Under the pieces are notes generated by a model that saw only the letters and a program-made list of their open reading frames with translations, ran no database searches and was not told where the DNA came from. A DNA stretch of 64,000 nt. It comes from Acidobacteriota bacterium. Lineage in GTDB: Bacteria > Acidobacteriota > Blastocatellia > Pyrinomonadales > Pyrinomonadaceae. Positions within the stretch are counted from its first letter, which is position 1; every line of letters begins with the position of its first letter. The position numbers and the translations under genes are program-made. Location of the stretch: positions 40,044-104,043 of the forward strand of contig JBKPOC010000087.1 of the NCBI GenBank assembly GCA_046732935.1. The letters are read 5' to 3'. This document shows positions 46,458 through 54,600 of the stretch, in pieces.

Positions 46458-47369
46458 TTATTGGAGTGCTGCTGCTTGTTGTTGCACCTGTACTACTTTC
46501 TTCGTTCCCGGTGGCGAAGCGTTATGGCTCGCCAGTAGTTCCTGCTCGGTAATCGGGCGAGGAATACAGAACTTGCCATTGCAGATCTGCCACGGTGAGT
46601 TGGTGGAAGTCAGTGTGACGGGCGCGCAGGAACTCGTCGCTGCAAACGTGCCAGCACTTTGCGAGTCAATGGCAGTGGCCGTACACCGAGAAATTGCCAC
46701 CGTCGGTGCGGGCGCCGGCTCGGCGAAATCACCGCCAATGGAGATGGCTTGCACGGACGCTTCGCCGGATGACGATTCGGCCATTAATCCCGAACCACTG
46801 GCGCCGGTGTCGAGCACTCTTTGTGTGTTATCGGACACTCGGGTAAAGGTGAATTTCGGGTAGACCTTCAGCGTTGAGTCGAAGGTACCGCCGTCGTTGA
46901 TCGACATCGACCCGCTCGAGGACGTGGCGGTCGACAGGCTAACTGCGACAGTCCACGACTCCGGGTTGTTCCCCCCGTTGTAGGTAACGGTGATCGGGTT
47001 GATGCCCGCCAGCGAGAGCGAAGTCATCTGCACGCCCACAGTGCAAGGCGTGGAGAAACAACCGCCACGATGGATGACCGTGTCGATATTGCCGTGGTTC
47101 GGAAGCGGAACGCCTACGAGCGGCACGACGCCGGTGTATGCGTCTGATCCGGTTCCAAAAAATCCCTGCTGTAGCGGGGATGCCTGGAAGTTGTGATAGG
47201 TTTCGCCGTTGCCGGTTGTCTCGAACTCGTCGTCTCCTTCTGGGATAAACGTGCCCGCCGCCCTGCTCTTCGTAGTAACGAACAAGCCAACGGCCAACAC
47301 CATCGCCACAAGGAACGAAAGGCCGAGCATCACCGGTTTTGTATAGAGCCTCCGCGTGATCTCTTTCAT
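46458..47369 (-). CDS. Secreted hypothetical protein
   Basis: GAGGAGG Shine-Dalgarno. N-terminal anchor/signal KPVMLGLSFLVAMVLAVGLFV. The body is rich in Thr, Ser and Gly with scattered Cys. No family recognised. Confidence 0.6.
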   Translation of the reverse strand: MKEITRRLYTKPVMLGLSFLVAMVLAVGLFVTTKSRAAGTFIPEGDDEFETTGNGETYHNFQASPLQQGFFGTGSDAYTGVVPLVGVPLPNHGNIDTVIHRGGCFSTPCTVGVQMTSLSLAGINPITVTYNGGNNPESWTVAVSLSTATSSSGSMSINDGGTFDSTLKVYPKFTFTRVSDNTQRVLDTGASGSGLMAESSSGEASVQAISIGGDFAEPAPAPTVAISRCTATAIDSQSAGTFAATSSCAPVTLTSTNSPWQICNGKFCIPRPITEQELLASHNASPPGTKKVVQVQQQAAALQ

Positions 47370-47789
47370 AAGCTCTTTTCCTCCTCACGAAATCTGTTTG
47401 TCCGAACTTCACGGAGCAACTCGGATGAAATCCGCGCGGCGATGCGTGCAGTCATGCCCGTGTATTTCGGCAGCGCGGATTTGACCACGTTGCCGAAGTT
47501 GATTACTTCTCCAATCTTGCGAACGTTCACACCGAAAATTTCAAAGCGAAGATCGCAGTTCCAAAAATGCCACGCCGCTTTCCGCGGTTGAAGGCCATAC
47601 TGTTTTCTGCACTCACATTCAGATGATCGGACGCGCGGCGTTTCCCGACCTCAGCTGCCGGATTGGATCCTCTTCGCCAATTGTCCAGCCCAGATCCTGA
47701 CAGCCTAAACACTCCTCCTACGGAGCGTTTGATCCCGACTGCCTGACGGCGTCGGTCAATGGTTGTCGTTCATGTGCGGGTGAATAACT

Positions 47790-48767
47790 ATGCAGACACG
47801 TGCGGTGAATAGAGTTTCAATACTCGGGAAGGCGCGACGGCGTGTGCTGGGTCTTTCAACGACTGAGACGAGCTTCGCTAAACGCGGCTTTCTTACAGGC
47901 GAAGATCAGGCGCGGCAACGTCTCGAACAAATCGGCATCACTTTTCTGACTGGCTATCACGCGGCGCTCGAAGAGACCGGGTTCGGGTCACTTGCGCGCC
48001 GGCTCGCGTTCGTCGATGCAGAGTTGCGCGGGTTTGCTTTCGAAGGCGCAGCGATGGGACTCGCGCTTCTCGATCGCGTTACGCCGTGGCGAAAGAATCG
48101 CTGGGCCACTTTCACCGAACACTTAGCCGAACCCCACGTCTACATGATGCACGTCGGATTGGGTTGGGCGCTCGCCCGTCTGCGCCGAAGCGTCACAACG
48201 CACCTGGACCAGCTCGATCCTCTGCTGCGTTGGCTCGTCGTCGACGGTTATGGTTTTCACGAAGGCTATTTCGATTGGCCCCGATTCGTCGAACGGCGCG
48301 AGTTGCCCACGCGCTTGAACGGCTACGAGCATCACGTCTTCGATCAAGGTCTCGGCCGCAGCATCTGGTTCGTGAAAGGCGCGAACGTTGACGCAGTCGC
48401 GAATGCGCTCGATGCATTTCCTCTCGCGCGACGCGACGACCTGTGGAGCGGCGTCGGACTCGCCTGCGCGTACGCCGGCGGTTGCGGGCGCGCCGCGTTG
48501 CAGTCGTTGCGAGCGGCAGCGAACGGGCACATGCCTTCGCTCGCGCAGGGTGTCGCATTCGCCGCGAAAACACGACAGCGCGCCGGAAACCTCAACTCTT
48601 ATACAGAAACAGTCTGCCGTGCGTTGTGCGGTCACTCCGCGGAAGAGGCCGCCGCAATCACGGACGCTGCCCTCGAAAATTTGCGCGCAGAAGGCGCGTT
48701 GCCGGCTTACGAAATTTGGCGGCGCCGCATTCAGGAAAAATTTGTACTGGGGGTCACAACAACATGA
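47790..48767 (+). CDS. unbL: UnbL-like (DUF1702, enediyne cassette E3-type) protein
   Basis: 325 aa. SFAKRGFLTGED...ITFLTGYHAALE...LRGFAFEGAAMGLALLD resembles the DUF1702/UnbL family. It is the first gene of the coupled cassette. Confidence 0.7.
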   Translation: MQTRAVNRVSILGKARRRVLGLSTTETSFAKRGFLTGEDQARQRLEQIGITFLTGYHAALEETGFGSLARRLAFVDAELRGFAFEGAAMGLALLDRVTPWRKNRWATFTEHLAEPHVYMMHVGLGWALARLRRSVTTHLDQLDPLLRWLVVDGYGFHEGYFDWPRFVERRELPTRLNGYEHHVFDQGLGRSIWFVKGANVDAVANALDAFPLARRDDLWSGVGLACAYAGGCGRAALQSLRAAANGHMPSLAQGVAFAAKTRQRAGNLNSYTETVCRALCGHSAEEAAAITDAALENLRAEGALPAYEIWRRRIQEKFVLGVTTT

Positions 48768-50746
48768 CCATAAAGGACGGCGCATTCCGGCGCCAGGCTG
48801 CAAAGTTGACTGCAATCGTGCTCGTGCTCGTCGTCTACGGTTTCGCTCGCGTGCCCGAACCTTCGGAATCGGAGTTGGCAAAGTTGGCGGAAGGTTTTCA
48901 CTTTCGCTCGTCGCCGCTGCCGACGATGAGCGGAGAAACGCAGAAGACGATTCGCGAAGTCAATCCATCGTTGCGCCGCATCTCCGGCTGGGTTTCCAGC
49001 GTCGGCGCCGCAGTGGCGTTGAACGATCTCGACGGTGACGGATTGCCGAACGACGTCTGCTACGTCGACACAAGAATCGACAAGGTCATCGTCGCGCCGG
49101 TGCCGGGCACGCCCGCGCGCTATCAACCGTTCACGCTCGATCCACTCACCGTTCCTTACGACACAGCGACGATGGCGCCAATGGGTTGTCTGCCCGGTGA
49201 CTTCAACGAAGACGGTCTGATGGACGTGCTCGCCTATTACTGGGGACGCACTCCCGTCGTCTTCATCAAGCGCAGTGGCCAGTCGACTCTGAACGGCGAC
49301 AGTTACACGCGCAGCGAAGTCGTCGCGGGCGGAGCTCGCTGGTACACGAACGCGGCTACGCTCGCCGATATCGACGGCGACGGCCACACTGATCTGATCG
49401 TCGGCAACTTCTTCCCTGACGGCGCACGCATCCTTGATGCACGAACCAACGCCGGCGACCACGTGCAGGACTCGATGTCGTTCGCGCAAAACGGCGGACA
49501 CAAGCATCTCTTGTTATGGAAAGCGCCGGCGGCCGGCACATCGCCCGTTCAATTCGAGGAAGCCAGCACCGCGCTCGACGAAAAGAGTGCTCAAGGTTGG
49601 GCGCTGGCAATCGCAGCGGGCGATCTCGACGGCGACATGCTCCCCGAACTCTACTTCGCCAACGACTTCGGTCCCGATCGTCTGCTGTACAACCGCTCGA
49701 CGCCGGGTCATCCGCACTTCGAGTTGTTGGCAGGACAGCGATCGTTTACGACGCCGAAATCTAAGGTGCTGGGCCACGACTCGTTCAAAGGCATGGGCGT
49801 CGACTTCGGCGATCTGAATGGCGATGGATGGCCCGACATCTACGTCAGCAACATCTCGCAGGAGTATGGGCTGGAAGAGAGTCATTTCGCCTTCATCAGC
49901 ACGGGACGCGTAGACCTGATGAAGCAAGGCATCGCGCCTTACGTCGATCGCAGCGAGTCGCTTGGCCTGTCGCGTAGCGGTTGGGGTTGGGAGTCACGGC
50001 TGGGCGACTTCAACAACGACGGCGTGCTCGAAGCCTTGCAGGCGCTCGGGTTTCTTAAAGGCAACGTCAATCGCTGGCCCGAACTGCACGAGGTCGTGAT
50101 GGGCAACGATCAACTGCTCCGCAATCCGCGCAGCTGGCCCGTGCTTCAAACCGGCGCTGACATCAGCGGCCACAGTCACAATCCGTTTTTCGTGCGCGGT
50201 CCGGACGGGCGTTTTCACGACGTCGCCGCACAGCTTTCGCTGGACCAACCGTCGGTCAGCCGCGGTATCGCGACAGCGGACGTGGACGGCGATGGGCGTC
50301 TTGACTACGCCGTCGCGAACCAGTGGGAGACGTCCTACTTCTATCACAACGAGAGTGACAACCCTGGCGCGTTCGTCGGCCTCAGGCTGCGGCTGCCTGT
50401 TTCCGCAGACGACGTTTCGCAGACGCGCGTGTGTCGCGACGCGAGAGGCGCGGGTGTGGTCCCGTCGCGTCCTGCAATCGGCGCTGAAGCACGTGTGATT
50501 TTGTCCGGACGCGCGCCGCTCGTGCAGCAGGTTGACGGCGGCAACGGGCATTCAGGCAAGCGCAGTCCCGATTTGCAGTTCGGGTTGGGCCATCAGGCCG
50601 GAAACGATCTCGTCACTGTCGAGTTGCGCTGGCGCGACGCGGCGGGCGCGCTTCACCAGCAAACGATTCAATTAGCCCCGGGCGGTTGGTACACGATCCT
50701 GCTCGGCCGTGAGAAGGGAGCGATCAATGAGTGCGCAAGAAGTTAG
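48764..50746 (+). CDS. unbV: UnbV-like (FG-GAP repeats plus ASPIC/UnbV C-terminal domain, enediyne cassette E4-type) protein
   Basis: ATGA overlap with unbL. N-terminal anchor. FG-GAP loops (NDLDGDGLPND, ADIDGDGHTDLIVGN, GDLNGDGWPDIYVSN, ADVDGDGRLDYAVAN). The C-terminal GGNGHSGKRSPDLQFGLG...VTVELRWRD is ASPIC/UnbV-like. The tracked start at 48443 is an Arg-rich over-extension. Confidence 0.75.
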   Translation: MTIKDGAFRRQAAKLTAIVLVLVVYGFARVPEPSESELAKLAEGFHFRSSPLPTMSGETQKTIREVNPSLRRISGWVSSVGAAVALNDLDGDGLPNDVCYVDTRIDKVIVAPVPGTPARYQPFTLDPLTVPYDTATMAPMGCLPGDFNEDGLMDVLAYYWGRTPVVFIKRSGQSTLNGDSYTRSEVVAGGARWYTNAATLADIDGDGHTDLIVGNFFPDGARILDARTNAGDHVQDSMSFAQNGGHKHLLLWKAPAAGTSPVQFEEASTALDEKSAQGWALAIAAGDLDGDMLPELYFANDFGPDRLLYNRSTPGHPHFELLAGQRSFTTPKSKVLGHDSFKGMGVDFGDLNGDGWPDIYVSNISQEYGLEESHFAFISTGRVDLMKQGIAPYVDRSESLGLSRSGWGWESRLGDFNNDGVLEALQALGFLKGNVNRWPELHEVVMGNDQLLRNPRSWPVLQTGADISGHSHNPFFVRGPDGRFHDVAAQLSLDQPSVSRGIATADVDGDGRLDYAVANQWETSYFYHNESDNPGAFVGLRLRLPVSADDVSQTRVCRDARGAGVVPSRPAIGAEARVILSGRAPLVQQVDGGNGHSGKRSPDLQFGLGHQAGNDLVTVELRWRDAAGALHQQTIQLAPGGWYTILLGREKGAINECARS

Positions 50747-51680
50747 TAGTCGGGTGGACCGTCTCGGAGGACTGCGGCGTTTCGCAATCGCCATCACTGT
50801 TCTCAACATCCTCGGACACACGTTCTTTGGCTTCGAACAGTCGTTGGCCCAGCCGGTCGTGGCGTTGATCGCGGCGTACAGCACTGAACTGCTGCTCGAG
50901 TTGATCGACGCGCGTTGCAATCGTCGCGCGCTCAGGTTCGTGGGCGGCGGTGTGCGGCGATTCGTCGAGTTTCTGCTATCGGCGCACATCAGCGGACTGG
51001 CCTGCGCGATGCTCCTTTACGCGAACAACAGACTCGGGCCCGTTATCTTCGCTGCGGTCGTGGCGATCTGCTCGAAGGCCGTACTGCGCGCTCCTCATGG
51101 AAACGGCACGCGCCACTTCTTCAATCCTTCGAACTTCGGCATCACGGTGACGCTACTCGTCTTCTCGTGGGTCAGCGTCGCGCCGCCGTATCAGTTTACG
51201 GAAAACATGACCGGCGCCGGGGACTGGATCCTGCCGGGCGTCATCGTCTGCACCGGGACGTTCTTGAATGCGCGCTTCACGCACCGGCTGCCGCTGATTG
51301 CCGCGTGGCTGAGCGGCTTCGTTGCTCAAGCGGCGGTGAGAAGTCTCTTATTCGGCACTCCACTCGAATCGGGTTTGGTGCCGATGACGGGTGTCGCTTT
51401 CATTCTTTACACGTTCTACATGGTCACCGATCCCGCTACGACGCCAAGCGGGCGGCGAGATCAGATCGTGTTCGGTCTCAGCGTTGCCGCGGTCTATGGT
51501 CTGCTAATGGCGTTCCATGTCGTCTTCGGACTCTTCTTTGCCCTAACGATCGCGTGTGTGATTCGCGGAGCCTGCATGTACGCCATGCGCTGGATGACCC
51601 GACGTGCGCCTGAAGAGATCGCGGCCCCGGCAACGTTGAGTGCGCCATCACCTGCTTCCGCAATGGTGAGGGAGGCGTGA
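50727..51680 (+). CDS. unbU: UnbU-like multi-pass membrane protein (enediyne cassette E5-type)
   Basis: About 320 aa and very hydrophobic. It sits between the UnbV-like gene and the PKS, exactly as in enediyne cassettes. The ATG at 50727 follows AGGGAG; the GTG at 50709 is an alternative start. Confidence 0.65.
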   Translation: MSAQEVSSRVDRLGGLRRFAIAITVLNILGHTFFGFEQSLAQPVVALIAAYSTELLLELIDARCNRRALRFVGGGVRRFVEFLLSAHISGLACAMLLYANNRLGPVIFAAVVAICSKAVLRAPHGNGTRHFFNPSNFGITVTLLVFSWVSVAPPYQFTENMTGAGDWILPGVIVCTGTFLNARFTHRLPLIAAWLSGFVAQAAVRSLLFGTPLESGLVPMTGVAFILYTFYMVTDPATTPSGRRDQIVFGLSVAAVYGLLMAFHVVFGLFFALTIACVIRGACMYAMRWMTRRAPEEIAAPATLSAPSPASAMVREA

Positions 51681-51681
51681 G

Positions 51682-54600
51682 ATGCGACAAGCAATAGCCA
51701 TCGTCGGCATGGCGTGTCGCTATCCGGATGCGCGTTCGCCCGACGAGCTTTGGGAGAACGCGCTCGCGGGACGGCGCGCCTTCAGACGCATCCCCGCGGA
51801 GCGACTGAATCTCAACGACTATTTGTCGTCTGATCGCCAAAGCCCCGATCAGACATACTCGACGCAAGGCGCCTTCATCGAGGGTTACGAGTTTGATCGC
51901 GCGCGCTTTCGAGTGCCTGGTGCGACGTATCGCGCTGCCGACCCCGCGCACTGGTTGACGCTCGACGTCGCTGCTGCGGCGCTCGAAGACGCCGGCTTTC
52001 CGGAAGGCGACGGGCTGCCGCGCGATACGACCGGCGTGTTTGTCGGCAACACGCTCACGGGCGAGTTCTCGCGCGCGAACACGCTGCGATTGCGCTGGCC
52101 GTACGTCCGTCGAGTTGTCAGGAAAGTGCTCGAAGACGACGCGTGCTCGCCTGAGCATCAGCGCGAACTCCTCGCGCAGATCGAGACGCTTTTCAAAAGG
52201 CCATTTCCGCCGGTCGGCGCCGAGACACTTGCCGGCGGTCTCTCAAACACGATCGCAGGCCGCGTCTGTAACCACTTCGATCTCAAGGGCGGCGGTTACA
52301 CCATTGACGGAGCGTGCGCGTCGTCGCTCCTCGCGGTGATCAACGCTTGCACGTCGCTTGCTGCCGGCGATCTGGAGGTGGCTGTGGCGGGCGGGGTTGA
52401 CCTGAGCACTGATCCGTTCGAGCTCGTCGGGTTTGCGAAGACTGGCGCACTGGCAGGTGATGCGATGCGCGTTTACGACGCGCGCGCGGCGGGCTTCTGG
52501 CCCGGCGAAGGCTGCGGACTGGTAGTGCTAATGCGACACGAAGACGCGCGGCTGAAAGGGCGGCGGGTCTATGCAGTGATACGCGGCTGGGGCGTCTCGT
52601 CGGACGGCAGCGGTGGGATTACGCGGCCGGAAGTCGAGGGCCAACTCATCGCGTTACGACGTGCTTACCAACGCGCCGGATACGGTGCGGACACGGTTGC
52701 GTACTTTGAGGGACACGGCACTGGCACCGCGGTTGGTGATGCGACTGAGCTTCAAGCACTCGCACGTGCGCGACGTGAAGGATCGCAAACGTTACCCGCT
52801 GTTGTTAGTTCCATCAAAGCCATTATCGGTCACACAAAGGCGGCTGCCGGCGTCGCTGGTCTGATCAAAGCGACGATGGCGCTCGGCGCACAGATCATGC
52901 CGCCGGCCGTGGGTTGTGATGAGCCGCACGAGGAGTTGAAAGGAGAAACGCTTCGCACTCTCAAACGCGGCGAACTGTTCTCAACTGGCGCGAGCCTGCG
53001 CGCCGGCGTCAGCGCAATGGGTTTCGGCGGCATCAACACGCACGTGACGTTGGAAGCGCCGCACGATGATCGTCGCGTGTCGCTCACGTCGAAGGAACGC
53101 GCGCTGCTCGCGTCTGCACAGGATGCCGAGTTGTTTCTCTTCTCCGCACCCGACGTCGCGCAACTCGAGAATCAAATCGAACGCGTGCTTGGTTACGCCG
53201 AGCGTCTTTCACGCAGCGAGTTGACGGATCTTGCCGTGCGGCTTTCGGAGACGCTGCGTCCGCTTCCGCTCCGCGCAGCCGTGGTCGCAGCAACTCCGGC
53301 TGAATTGTCTGCACGACTTGAAACGTTGAAGACGCGTGTGCGCGACGGTCAGTTGATCGATCCGCACGGCGGCTTGTTTCTCGGCAGTGAACGGTCGCCG
53401 TCAGTGCGCATCGGCTTTCTCTTTCCGGGCCAGGGATCGCCGTCATACAAAAACGGCGGCGCGTGGCGTGGGCGGTTCGAGTTCGTTGAAGATCTGTACG
53501 CGCACATGGAAGAAGAGTGGCGTGGCGACGGTATTTCGACTGAGATAGCGCAGCCTGCGATCGTCGCGTCGTCAGTCGCCGCACTTCGCGTGCTTTCGCG
53601 TTTAGGCATCACCGCGTCCGTCGCCGTGGGCCATAGTCTCGGCGAGTTCACTGCGCTGCACTGGGCCGGATCGTTGGACGAACCTTCGTTGCTGCGGATC
53701 GCTCGCGCGCGTGGTCGCGCGATGGCGGAAGTCAAAGGTCCGGCAGGCGCGATGTTGAGTGTTGCCGCGGACCGGCAAGCTGTCGAGGAGATTTTGAACG
53801 GCGAAAGAGTCGTCATCGCCGGCTTCAATTCGCCGCTGCAAACAGTTCTTTCCGGTGAGGCAGCGGAGATCAGCACGGTCGCGCGGCGCGCCGAAGCGCG
53901 TGGCCTGCGCGTGAGGCCGTTGCGCGTCTCGCACGCTTTTCATTCCTCGCTGGTCGCGTCCGCGGGCATTGGTTTGTCGGCGCACCTCGAGCGTGAAGAG
54001 TTTCGACCGTTGCAACGCGTGGTCTATTCGACAGTCACGGGACTGCAACTCGATCGCACCGCCGACTTGCGTGGACTGCTGCGAGAGCAAGTGACTTCGC
54101 CTGTTCGCTTCATGGAGGCGGTTGACGCAGCCGAGAGTGTCGATCTTTGGCTCGAAGTCGGTCCGGGCCAGACTCTCTGCGGATTGGTCGGCGAGTTTCG
54201 TAACGAGCCTGCGATCGCGCTCGATGCGGGCGGGAGTTCGATCCGCGGGCTGTTGAATGCCGTCGCCGCTTGTTTCTGTCTCGGTGCGCGCGTCGCGCAT
54301 GACGAACTGTTCGCTGGCCGCTTCGCGCGGCCGTTCGATCTCGATTGGCGACCGCGTTTCTTCGTCAATCCATGCGAACTCGCTCCGGTCGATGACGACT
54401 ACAGTTCTTCTGAACAGTCCGAGGAAGTTCGCGAGATAACTCACGTTGCAGACGGAACGCCGCTGGAAGTCGTGAGACAACTCGTCGCCGAGCGACTCGA
54501 ACTTCCGATCGCAACCATCGAAAACGACAGCAGGCTGCTCGACGATCTTCACTTGAACTCGATCAGCGTGGCCCAACTCGTCGCCGAAGCTGCGCGCCGC

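Noticed and set aside
48443-48763. The N-terminal 107 aa of the tracked 767-aa ORF (MERRRTRLRVRRRLRARR...).
   Set aside because: It overlaps the UnbL-like gene in another frame and is Arg-rich nonsense. The ATG at 48764 forms an ATGA coupling with the upstream stop codon and is followed by a membrane anchor.
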